Assembly (NCBI GenBank): GCA_963843975.1
Contig: CAWJMG010000001.1
Span: 1,140,001-1,172,000 of the forward strand
Direction: 5' to 3'
Length of the DNA: 32,000 nt
Source: an uncultured Actinomycetes bacterium
GTDB taxonomy: Bacteria > Actinomycetota > Actinomycetes > S36-B12 > CAIYMF01
Positions within the stretch are counted from its first letter, which is position 1, and each line of letters begins with the position of its first letter. A program made the translations under genes and the position numbers. The notes beneath the pieces were generated by a model. It saw nothing but the letters and a program-made list of their open reading frames with translations. It was not told the DNA's origin and ran no database searches. Shown piece by piece: positions 8,237 to 16,639 of the stretch.

Positions 8237-9271
8237 TCAGCGGCCTCGCAGAACCCCGACGATGTCCGACAGCACGCCGTACGCCGTCTCCCGCGGCGTG
8301 AGCCCGTGTCCGACGACGGTGATCCCCGGCATGAGGTCGCCGTCGAAGTGGACGGCCAGGTCGTCGCCTCCCACCCGCACGAACGGGTCGCGCGCATCGA
8401 GCCGCTCCGGCGCGACGCGTGCACGAACAGCACCGTCGACGCGTGAGATCTCGGCAACGAGGCGGATCGGCGTACCTGCCGTCGCAGCCTCGCGCACCTC
8501 GACCGGATCGAGGTCGCGGATGCCCCAGACCTCGACGTCAGCGAGCCGGATGTCCGCGCCCATGAGCACGTTCGCGATCGCGATCACCTTCACGGCGGCG
8601 TCGTACCCGTCGACGTCGAGGCTCGGGTCGGCCTCCGCGATCCCGCGGCGCTGAGCCTCGGCCACGCCGTCGGCATAGGTGCCGCCCGCCTCGATCGTCT
8701 CCAGGATCACCGTGGTCGTGCCGTTGACCATCCCGCGGAAGCGGTACGGCCGATCCAGCGGGAGCGCCTCGCGATAGAGGTTGTAGATCGGCAGGCAGTC
8801 CGCGGTCGCGGCCTCGAACCGGAACCGCGCGCCGTGCTCGTCTCCCAGCTCGGTCAGCTCGCGGTAGGCGTGCACCACCGGCCCCTTGTTCGCGGTGACG
8901 CCGTGGATGCCGCGTCGGAGCGCCTCGCGCAGGAAGTCCGTCGCCGGCTGGCCCGAGTCGAGATCGACCACGCTCGCCTCGACGAGCACGTCGGCACGGC
9001 TGCGCTCGAGCCAGGCTCCGACACCGTCCACGTCGTAGGCCCTGCCACCTGACGCGGCACCGCGCGCCAGCTCGGCGAGGTGGAGACCGTCGGCGTCGTC
9101 GACGAGGCCGAGCGTGCGCGTCATGACACCGGTGATGCGCAGGTCGACGCCGAGCTCGGCGACCATCTGCGCGTGCCGCTCCGCGACGAGGCCCGCGAGC
9201 GCCCGGCCGACGCTGCCCAGGCCGACGAGGGAGAGACGGCGGACGACGGGCTGGTCGGCGACGGGATCCAC
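8237..9271 (-). CDS. Homoserine dehydrogenase-family NAD(P)-dependent dehydrogenase
   Basis: This is the 3' third of track ORF 8237..11089(-). The GTG at 9271 gives (M)DPVADQPVVRRLSLVGLGSVGRALAGLV, a Rossmann GxGxxG start. Downstream are ANKGPVV and NGTTTVILE-type catalytic-domain motifs. The rest of the 950-aa ORF is antisense to the BVMO gene. Confidence 0.8.
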   Translation of the reverse strand: MDPVADQPVVRRLSLVGLGSVGRALAGLVAERHAQMVAELGVDLRITGVMTRTLGLVDDADGLHLAELARGAASGGRAYDVDGVGAWLERSRADVLVEASVVDLDSGQPATDFLREALRRGIHGVTANKGPVVHAYRELTELGDEHGARFRFEAATADCLPIYNLYREALPLDRPYRFRGMVNGTTTVILETIEAGGTYADGVAEAQRRGIAEADPSLDVDGYDAAVKVIAIANVLMGADIRLADVEVWGIRDLDPVEVREAATAGTPIRLVAEISRVDGAVRARVAPERLDARDPFVRVGGDDLAVHFDGDLMPGITVVGHGLTPRETAYGVLSDIVGVLRGR

Positions 9272-9403
9272 GCCGCGATCATGCCGGTCCGCCGCAGCAC
9301 CCGCGGCGCCAGGATCTACCTGAGCGCGAGCGCGCCCCGATATGGTCCGCGAAACGGTCTGCTCGGAGACCGCAATGGTCCGTATCGAGACTCGGAGCCC
9401 CGC

Positions 9404-11050
9404 GTGATCGACGACGCCCGCGCAGCATCGAACGAGGCGCTGCTCGACGTCGTAGTGGTCGGCGCGGGCTTCTCCGGCCTGTACATGCTGCACCGCCTGC
9501 GGGGCCTCGGCATGAGCGTCCGGGTGCTCGAACGCGCCCCGGGCGTGGGCGGCACCTGGTTCTGGAACCGCTACCCCGGCGCGCGCTGCGACATCGAGAG
9601 CGTCGACTACCAGTACTCCTTCGACCCCGACCTGGTCGCGGAGTGGCGGTGGAAGGAGCGCTTCGCCGCGCAGCCCGAGATCCTCGCCTACCTCGAGCAC
9701 GTCGCCGACCGCTACGACCTCCGCCGCGACATCACCTTCGGCGTGAGCGTCCAGTCCGCGGTGTACGACGACGCGACGGGCACCTGGTCGCTCGCTACCG
9801 ACACGGGCGAGACGATCCGGGCCCGCTACTGCGTCATGGCGACCGGCAACCTCTCGACGATCAAGCCGCCGGACATCCCCGGCCTGGGCTCCTTCGCCGG
9901 CCGCTGGCTGCACACCGGCGAGTGGCCGACCGAGCCGGTGGAGCTCGAGGGCAAGCGAGCCGCCGTCGTGGGCACCGGTTCGTCCGGCATCCAGGCCATC
10001 ACTGCGCTCGCGCCGCAGGTGGGAAGGCTGGTCGTGCTGCAGCGCACGCCGAACTACTCGATGCCTGCGCACAACCGGCCGCTCGAGCAGGACGAGTGGG
10101 AGCAGGTCGTCCGCGACTTTGCCGAGCGCCGCCACCTCTGCGAGACGGGCGACGCCGGTACGCCGCTGCCGCTGCCTACGACACCGGCCGTGGACGCGAC
10201 GCCGGAGGAGCGGCGCGCGCGGTACGAGGCCGGCTGGGCGATGGGCGGCATCTCGTCGCTGTCGTTCGCGTACAACGACATGTTCCGCGACGAGCGCTCC
10301 AACCTCTACGCGGCCGAGTTCGCGCGGGAGAAGATCCGGTCGATCGTTCAGGACCCGCTCGTCGCCGAGAAGCTCTGCCCCACGCACCACATCGGCACGA
10401 AGCGCACCTGCACCGACACCGGTTACTTCGAGGCGTTCAACCGCGACAACGTCGAGCTCGTCGACCTCAACGACGAGCCGATCGTCGAGATCGTGCCGTC
10501 GGGCATCCGCACGTCGACGCGCACGATCGACGTCGACGTCCTCGTCTTCGCGATCGGGTTCGACGCCATCACCGGCGCCCTGGCCGAGATCGACGTCCGG
10601 GGCCGCGGCGGCCTGCCCTTGTCGCAGGCGTGGGAGGACGGGCCGCGCACCTACCTCGGGCTCCAGGTCGCCGGCTTCCCCAACCTGTTCATGGTCACGG
10701 GCCCGGCGAGCCCGTCCGTGCTGAGCAACATGGTCGTGTCGATCGAGCAGCACGTGGACTGGATCGCCGACTGCATCGCGCACCTTCAGAAATCGGGCGC
10801 CGACACCATCGAGGCGGCCCAGGACGCGCAGGACGCGTGGATGGCTCACGTCACGGATCTCGCGTCCAGCACTCTCTACCCGAAGTCGCGGTCCTGGTAC
10901 GTCGGGGCCAACATCGAGGGCAAGCCGTCCGGCTTCACCGTCTACATCGCCGGCTGCGGCCCGTACCGCGAGGAGTGCAAGCGCGTCGTGGCCGACGGCT
11001 ACCGAGGCTTCCGCATCACGACGACGTCCCACCAGGAGGCGACCGCATGA
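9404..11050 (+). CDS. Type I Baeyer-Villiger monooxygenase (flavin/NADPH-dependent, cyclohexanone-monooxygenase family)
   Basis: Lies inside track ORF 9080..11050. The GTG at 9404 has GGAG ~7 nt upstream. It has the FAD motif VVVGAGFSG, the BVMO fingerprint FAGRWLHTGEWP, a second Rossmann motif VVGTGSSG, and GGTWFWNRYPGARCD. Confidence 0.9.
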   Translation: MIDDARAASNEALLDVVVVGAGFSGLYMLHRLRGLGMSVRVLERAPGVGGTWFWNRYPGARCDIESVDYQYSFDPDLVAEWRWKERFAAQPEILAYLEHVADRYDLRRDITFGVSVQSAVYDDATGTWSLATDTGETIRARYCVMATGNLSTIKPPDIPGLGSFAGRWLHTGEWPTEPVELEGKRAAVVGTGSSGIQAITALAPQVGRLVVLQRTPNYSMPAHNRPLEQDEWEQVVRDFAERRHLCETGDAGTPLPLPTTPAVDATPEERRARYEAGWAMGGISSLSFAYNDMFRDERSNLYAAEFAREKIRSIVQDPLVAEKLCPTHHIGTKRTCTDTGYFEAFNRDNVELVDLNDEPIVEIVPSGIRTSTRTIDVDVLVFAIGFDAITGALAEIDVRGRGGLPLSQAWEDGPRTYLGLQVAGFPNLFMVTGPASPSVLSNMVVSIEQHVDWIADCIAHLQKSGADTIEAAQDAQDAWMAHVTDLASSTLYPKSRSWYVGANIEGKPSGFTVYIAGCGPYREECKRVVADGYRGFRITTTSHQEATA

Positions 11051-12444
11051 GCGACGACCTGTCCCCCGAGGCCCTCGCCCTCCTCGCACGCGTCGAGACC
11101 GACGGCGTCCGCACGATCGTGATCGGGGGATCGGACACCCACGGCGTGATGCGCGGAAAGCGCCTGCCCGTGTCGCAGCTCCGGACCGTGCTCGAGCACG
11201 GCATGGCGCTCTGCGACGTCTTCTGGGTGATGCACGTCGACGAGTCCGACCTCGTCGCGCGCCCGGAGGGTCACGTCGGCTACTTCCCGACCGAGAAGCA
11301 GGGCTACCCCGACATCACAGCGATCCCCGACCTCTCGACCGCGCGCCTGGTGCCCTGGCACGACGGCTCGCTCTTCCTGCTCGCCGACTGGCACCTGCCG
11401 CACGGCGGCGGGCCCGTGCCGATCGCGCCGCGCAACGTGCTGAAGTCCGTGGTCGAGCGGGCCCGCGCGATGGGCTTCGAGGCCTACAGCGCGCTCGAGC
11501 TCGAGTTCTACCTGTTCGACGAGCCGCTCGGCATGCAGCACCACAAGAGCCCGGCCGAGCTGGTGCCGCTCCAGCAGCAGCCGAGCACGTACGGCGTGGT
11601 GCTGGGGTCGCACCAGGAGGGCATCTCCTCGGTGATCCGCCAGAGCATGCTCGACTACGGCCTGCCCATCGAGGCGTGCAACCCCGAGACGGGCCCCGGC
11701 CAGTTCGAGATCAACCTGCGCTACACCGACAGCCTGAGGTCGGCGGACGACGCGTTCCTGTTCAAGTCGGCGGTGAAAGAGGTCGCCGGACAGCTCGGCT
11801 ACCTCGCGTCGTTCATGGCCAAGCCGAACCACGAGTGGGCGGGCAACAGCTGCCACACGCACATCAGCCTGCGCGACCTCGACGGCAACGGGATCTTCTA
11901 CGACGGCGACGCGGTCGACGGGATCTCGACGACGATGCGGCACTTCGTCGGGGGCATCCTCGCCACGATGCCCGAGCTCACCGCCCTCATGGCACCGACC
12001 CCGAACTCCTACCGCCGCTTCTCGCCGTACAGCTGGGCGGGCACGACGGCGACGTGGGGGATCGACAACCGGTCGGCCGGCCTGCGCGCGATCGTCGAGG
12101 GTCCGCACGGCACGCGTCTCGAGCACCGCCAGCCGGGCGGCGACGTCAACCCCTATGTCGCCGCGGCCGTGACGCTCGCCGCAGGGCTGCACGGCATCGC
12201 CGAGGGCATCGAGCCGGGCGATCGCGTGGACGACGACGTCTACGCCCTCCCGCCCGGCGCCGTGCCGAGCCTGCCTCGGTCGTTGGGCCACGCGCTCGAG
12301 CTGCTCGGCGGGAGCAGCATGGCAAGGGAGTGGCTCGGAGCGGACTTCGTCGACCACTTCGTGGCGATGAAGCGGGCCGAGCTCGACGCCCAGGCGCGTG
12401 CGGTGACCGACTGGGAGGTCGCTCGCTACCTCGAGGCGCTGTGA
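11047..12444 (+). CDS. Glutamine synthetase-family enzyme (gamma-glutamyl-amine ligase-like, GlnA/PuuA-type)
   Basis: Lies inside track ORF 9643..12444. The ATG at 11047 overlaps the BVMO TGA (ATGA). GS catalytic-domain motifs are present: LELEFYLF, NPETGPGQFEINL, KPNHEWAGNSCHTHISL, NSYRRF, NRSAGLR. Confidence 0.88.
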   Translation: MSDDLSPEALALLARVETDGVRTIVIGGSDTHGVMRGKRLPVSQLRTVLEHGMALCDVFWVMHVDESDLVARPEGHVGYFPTEKQGYPDITAIPDLSTARLVPWHDGSLFLLADWHLPHGGGPVPIAPRNVLKSVVERARAMGFEAYSALELEFYLFDEPLGMQHHKSPAELVPLQQQPSTYGVVLGSHQEGISSVIRQSMLDYGLPIEACNPETGPGQFEINLRYTDSLRSADDAFLFKSAVKEVAGQLGYLASFMAKPNHEWAGNSCHTHISLRDLDGNGIFYDGDAVDGISTTMRHFVGGILATMPELTALMAPTPNSYRRFSPYSWAGTTATWGIDNRSAGLRAIVEGPHGTRLEHRQPGGDVNPYVAAAVTLAAGLHGIAEGIEPGDRVDDDVYALPPGAVPSLPRSLGHALELLGGSSMAREWLGADFVDHFVAMKRAELDAQARAVTDWEVARYLEAL

Positions 12445-13382
12445 CGACCTCGGGGCTGCACCCCGTCGCCGCGCGGATGCTGGAGGAATCGCGGTCTTCC
12501 GGGCGTCCCAACGCGCACCTCCTTCCTGTCGAGCAGGCGCGCGCCAACTTCGAGCGCGACTACGCGTCCCTGCCGCGGCCCGACGTCGCCGTCAGCCGTG
12601 ACCTGCTCATCCCCGCCCGTGACGGCACATCGCTGCCTGCGCGGCTGGTGTCTCCTGTGGCCGACGATGGCCTCCCGTTGGTCGTCTACTTCCATGGCGG
12701 CGGCTGGCTGCTCGGCAGCATCGACAGCCACGACGTCGTGGCCCGCGGGCTCGCACGGGCGACCGGAGGCGCAGTCCTGAGCGTGGGCTACCGACGCGGA
12801 CCGGAGTCGAGGTTCCCCACGGCGGCCGACGACGCCGTGGACGCACTCCGGTGGGCGGCGGACCATGCGGGCGAGCTCGGTGCCGATCGCGACCTGCTGG
12901 TGGTGGCGGGCGACAGCGCCGGCGGCAACCTTGCTGCAGTGGCCGCGATCCGCTGTCGCGACGAGGGCGGCCCGCACGTACGTCACCAGCTTCTGGTCTA
13001 CCCCGTCACGACCTGCGACCTGTTGATCGGGTTCGACCAGCGGTGGGAGGGCGTCGTCCTCTACCGCGACGAGATGCAGTGGCACCAGGACAACTACCTG
13101 GCCGACCCGGGCCAGCGCGACGATCCGCACGTCGCGCCCCTAGGGGCCGACCTCACCGGTCTGCCGCCCGCCACCGTGGTGCTCGCCGAGTGCGACCCGA
13201 TCAGGCCGCAGGGCCGCCTGTACGCCGACGCGCTCGCGGCCGCCGGAGTGCCGGTCGACGTGCAGGAGCACGCGAGCCTGCCTCACGGCTTCTTCGGCCT
13301 CGACATGCTCTTCCCCGAGGCGGGCGCCGCTATCGAGATGGCCGGCCGCTCCGTCCGCGCGTCCCTCGGCCTTCCCCACTGA
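12441..13382 (+). CDS. Alpha/beta-hydrolase esterase/lipase (hormone-sensitive-lipase family)
   Basis: Lies inside track ORF 11676..13382. The GTG at 12441 overlaps the upstream TGA (GTGA). It has the oxyanion motif HGGGW, the nucleophile elbow GDSAGG, and C-terminal DP...H residues. Confidence 0.9.
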   Translation: MTTSGLHPVAARMLEESRSSGRPNAHLLPVEQARANFERDYASLPRPDVAVSRDLLIPARDGTSLPARLVSPVADDGLPLVVYFHGGGWLLGSIDSHDVVARGLARATGGAVLSVGYRRGPESRFPTAADDAVDALRWAADHAGELGADRDLLVVAGDSAGGNLAAVAAIRCRDEGGPHVRHQLLVYPVTTCDLLIGFDQRWEGVVLYRDEMQWHQDNYLADPGQRDDPHVAPLGADLTGLPPATVVLAECDPIRPQGRLYADALAAAGVPVDVQEHASLPHGFFGLDMLFPEAGAAIEMAGRSVRASLGLPH

Positions 13383-13452
13383 CACGGCTGCACCCAGGGT
13401 CGGTTCAGGCGGCCACGAGGGGAACCACCATCCGAATTGCGTCCCGAGCGCA

Positions 13453-14403
13453 GTGCGTCAGGCTGGAGGGGTGACCGCGTCCGAGCTGAGCCCCGCGCCC
13501 GAAGGCTCGCCGCTCAAGATCCCGCAGGCCAACGTGCCGTTGGTCGCCCGCGCGTTCCGCACGCTGCTGTCGGGCGACAGCAACGGGACCCCGCCGTGGG
13601 TCGAACGCATCGCGACCGGCGACGCCGACTGCCTCGTCGAGCCGGAGGGCCCGTCGTGGGTCGTGCACGGGTCGCTCACCACGCTCGTCGGCGGCGTGCG
13701 CGCGCTGATGATGCAGGCGCTGCAGCCGGCCGCGGTCACGGGCGTGGCCGAGCACTCGGCGTACCGCACCGACACGATCGGGCGTCTCCGGCGTACGACG
13801 CAATGGCTCGTGATCACGACGTTCGGCGACATCGCCACCGCGGAGACGGCGGCCGCAGCCGTCCGCAGCATGCACGAGCGCGTCACCGGCACCGACCCCG
13901 ACGGCCGTCCATACGCCGCGTCCGACCCCGACCTCCTGCGGTGGGTGCACGACGCCTTCACCGACTCGTTCCTCACCGCGCACCTCGCACTGGGCGGTCG
14001 CGAGATCCCCGGCGGTCCGGACGCGTACGTCGCCGAGTGGGCAGCGTCGGCCGAGCTTCTCGGTGCCACCGACCTCCCGCAGACGCAGGAGGAGCTGCGC
14101 CAGCAGCTCGCCGGCTACCGCAGCCAGCCCGGGTTCGGCCGCGCGCCGGCCACGGAGGACGTCGCGGCTTTCCTGCGCGCGCCCAACCTGCCCATCGCCT
14201 ACCGCGGCCCCTACCGGGTGCTCGCGCTCGCGGCCGCCGCCACCCTCGACCCCGCCGACGCCGCACTGCTCGGCCTGCCGCAGCGATCCGGTGCGGTGAA
14301 GGCCGCCCGCGGCATGCTCGACATCCTCATCTGGGCGCTGTCGTCCACCTCGCCCGCCGAGCGCGCCGCGCGCCTGCGCCTCGGTCTGCAGCCGCCGTCG
14401 TAG
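13453..14403 (+). CDS. MpaB/DUF2236-family oxygenase-like protein
   Basis: Track ORF 13453..14403. Motifs LMMQALQPAAV, RRTTQWLVITTFG, VRSMHERVTG and DPDLLRWVH fit the DUF2236 pattern. The start is uncertain (GTG at 13453 or GTG at 13471). Confidence 0.75.
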   Translation: MRQAGGVTASELSPAPEGSPLKIPQANVPLVARAFRTLLSGDSNGTPPWVERIATGDADCLVEPEGPSWVVHGSLTTLVGGVRALMMQALQPAAVTGVAEHSAYRTDTIGRLRRTTQWLVITTFGDIATAETAAAAVRSMHERVTGTDPDGRPYAASDPDLLRWVHDAFTDSFLTAHLALGGREIPGGPDAYVAEWAASAELLGATDLPQTQEELRQQLAGYRSQPGFGRAPATEDVAAFLRAPNLPIAYRGPYRVLALAAAATLDPADAALLGLPQRSGAVKAARGMLDILIWALSSTSPAERAARLRLGLQPPS

Positions 14404-14449
14404 GCCGCACTGAAGCGCCGCACCCGCCGACCGGCCGAGCGCGGAAGGC

Positions 14450-15157
14450 TCACGTCGAGGACAGGGTGGCGAAGACGATCACGTTCGCCTCATAGGCGCG
14501 GGCGACGGGGTCGAATCCACCGCACGTGATGAGGCGCAGGGCGCGAGCACGGGTGAATCCGTAGACGAGATCGGTGGGGAACTGGTTCTTGGCGTAGGTG
14601 GCGACACGGTCGACCACGAACGTCGACCGGGTGCCGTCCGACAGCGCGACACCGATCCGCTCGCCCGGCCGTAGGTCGGCGAGCCGCGCGAACACGGCCC
14701 GGATGCCGCTCCAGTGCACGTGCCCGGCGATGACCGCCGGCCCCGTGCTCCCCGGGACGGGGGAGCCGGTGTACCAGCCGGCGGTCGCGGCCCTGGTCGG
14801 CACCTGGAGGGCGCCGGCACCGGTGAGGCCGAGCCGCACGAGGGGCGCATCCACCTCGATCGCAGGGATCGTCACACGGACGGGGACCAGCCCGACCGCG
14901 CCGTCTGCCGAAGAGGGAGGCTCCGTGCCCGTCGCGGCCGTGGTCGTCGACGGCTCCCCCGAGACCGGTTGCCCCGACACGGTCGTCGCCGGTGTCGCCG
15001 ACCGCGAGGGGGACCCGCCCGAGGAGTACGGCGACAGCCCCGTCGGTGAGCAGCCCACGAGGGAGACGACGCCTGCGGCCACCAACGCGACACCGACGGT
15101 CAGCACGCGCTGCGTCGTGGCGCCGGCGCCACGACGGCTGCCGATCCGATGGGTCAT
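14450..15157 (-). CDS. Class F sortase (membrane/lipid anchored)
   Basis: Lies inside track ORF 14450..15232(-). The start is at MTHRIGSRRG (15157). It has an N-terminal hydrophobic segment ending LVGC, a Ser/Pro/Thr linker, then AGWYTGSPVPGSTGPAVIAGHV...LRLITCGG...NVIVFA. Confidence 0.85.
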   Translation of the reverse strand: MTHRIGSRRGAGATTQRVLTVGVALVAAGVVSLVGCSPTGLSPYSSGGSPSRSATPATTVSGQPVSGEPSTTTAATGTEPPSSADGAVGLVPVRVTIPAIEVDAPLVRLGLTGAGALQVPTRAATAGWYTGSPVPGSTGPAVIAGHVHWSGIRAVFARLADLRPGERIGVALSDGTRSTFVVDRVATYAKNQFPTDLVYGFTRARALRLITCGGFDPVARAYEANVIVFATLSST

Positions 15158-15258
15158 GGCGTCGCCTCTCGCGCTCGGTCGGTGCACCGCACGGAGGTCC
15201 GTCGGGCCTGGCACCCTGACGCCGGCAGCCAATCTCCGCCGGCGCCAGGGGCGTCTGA

Positions 15259-16122
15259 TCAGCCGTCGGAACGGTCACCGGTGTCCACCGGCCCGCGAGG
15301 CGTGCGCGAGATCTGAGGTGTCGTGGGCGAGCTGCTTGCGGACGTGTCCGAGCTGGTGCTCGACGAGGTCGACGGCGCAGCGCTCGTCGCCCTGGTGCAG
15401 GCGGACCGCGTGATCGTGTTGCTGTCCATCGTCACTGCCCCGTTGCGTGCAAGCACGCGTCCATCGACGGTCGCTCCGGTCTGAAGACTGATGCTGGTGA
15501 GTGCGAGGACCGACCCGGTGAACTGCGAGTTGGTGCCGAGGGTGGCGTCGCTGCCCACCTGCCAGTAGACGTTGCAGGACTGGGCGCCGTTGAGCAGGAC
15601 GACCTTGCTGCCCGACGCGGTGATCAAGGTCGAACCGGCCTGGAAGACCCAGACCGCGTCGGGGTCACCCGCCGCGTCGAGAGTCAGCACGCCCGACAGG
15701 CCGATGGCCGAGGCCGAGTTGTAGACGCCCGGCTGCAGAGTCCTGCCCACGAGGTCGGCCGGGATGGCGTCGGCCGGTCCCTGACCGGCGGCCGACGTGT
15801 ACGCCGTCGTCAGGTCGGTCTTCGCACCCTGGGCGACGCTGTCGCCCGCGTGGTTGATCCCGTCGATCGTCATCGACGACAAGCCCGTCACCGTGGCGGT
15901 CGGGAAGGTGCCGACATCACCGGTGATCGTCGTAGGACCGGTGTTGGTCACACCCGTCCCGGCCAGGACCGCGAAGCTGCCCGCTGTTCCCAGCCCGACG
16001 GCGATCGGGGCCGCGCTGGCGACCGTGCCCAGTGCGACGAGGGACGCGACGACGGCGACTGCCACCAGCCCCGTTCCGGCTGCGATGGCGGGTGATGCTC
16101 GACGTGCTCGGTTCGTGGTCAC
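15259..16122 (-). CDS. Secreted DUF3494 / ice-binding-like family protein with a Ser/Thr-rich C-terminal tail
   Basis: Lies inside track ORF 15259..16200(-). The GTG at 16122 has GGAGA 7 nt upstream. The signal peptide ends ASA/AP. The core LGTAGSFAVLAGTGVTNTGPTTITGDVG...NGAQSCNVYWQVGS...ARNGAVTMDSNTIT is typical of the family. Confidence 0.88.
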   Translation of the reverse strand: MTTNRARRASPAIAAGTGLVAVAVVASLVALGTVASAAPIAVGLGTAGSFAVLAGTGVTNTGPTTITGDVGTFPTATVTGLSSMTIDGINHAGDSVAQGAKTDLTTAYTSAAGQGPADAIPADLVGRTLQPGVYNSASAIGLSGVLTLDAAGDPDAVWVFQAGSTLITASGSKVVLLNGAQSCNVYWQVGSDATLGTNSQFTGSVLALTSISLQTGATVDGRVLARNGAVTMDSNTITRSACTRATSAAPSTSSSTSSDTSASSSPTTPQISRTPRGPVDTGDRSDG

Positions 16123-16480
16123 GATGTCGTCTCCTGGGGTGGGGCCGGCTGCTCGAGAGAGGCCGGGAAAGTGTGTGGGGGCGGACGCGTGCGCGCGCAT
16201 GCGGGGAGCGGCGGCGGACGGCCGCGACCCCGATCAGGGGAAGAGAGCGACGGGGCGGGGTGAGGGACGACCACCGCCCGCGCAGAGGTCTGGCTATCGG
16301 TGCGCCGACCGGTCGCTAGGCACCGCGGTGCGCAGGGGGCGCGACGGACCGGGTTCGACAGATCATGGAAGCCTCGCATCGGAACGAGTCCGGAACCTTC
16401 GCCCTTCCGGCGCCTGTCTGAGGGCCAGGAGTGGGCAGTTCAACGAGAGCAGGGGACTGAGATACCTCGACCGTACTCGT

Positions 16481-16509
16481 ATCGGACCGACATCGGTGGA
16501 TCGGACCGA
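16481..16509. promoter_or_regulatory. Two copies of ATCGGACCGA (each containing the 9-bp palindrome TCGG-N-CCGA), starts 19 bp apart, in the 517-bp region upstream of the DUF3494 gene
   Basis: atcggaccga at 16481-16490 and 16500-16509, with the related catcggtgg between them. Read directly. Confidence 0.4.
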
Positions 16510-16639
16510 TGAGTTTCGCGAGCACCTGTCCGGCACCGTCGCGACCGGCCGGCCAGCGACCGCTTCGCTAGCGGTACCGCACTGGCATCCCGAGCACGCA
16601 TGGCCGTTCGGGCTGCAATGGCGATGCGTCGGACTCGGA

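Noticed and set aside
8237-11089. A 950-aa ORF on the minus strand, the longest in this part of the track.
   Set aside because: Only the last ~344 codons (8237-9271) look like a real protein, a homoserine-dehydrogenase-like enzyme. The upstream 600 codons are Arg/Gly/Asp/Ala-rich and exactly antisense to the well-supported BVMO gene. This is the usual stop-free shadow frame of high-GC DNA.
15259-15300. PVDTG near the C-terminus of the DUF3494 protein as a genuine LPXTG sorting signal for the adjacent sortase.
   Set aside because: The protein stops 5 residues later. None of the three downstream frames encodes a hydrophobic segment plus basic tail, so the canonical tripartite signal is absent. 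It is kept only as an open question in the findings.
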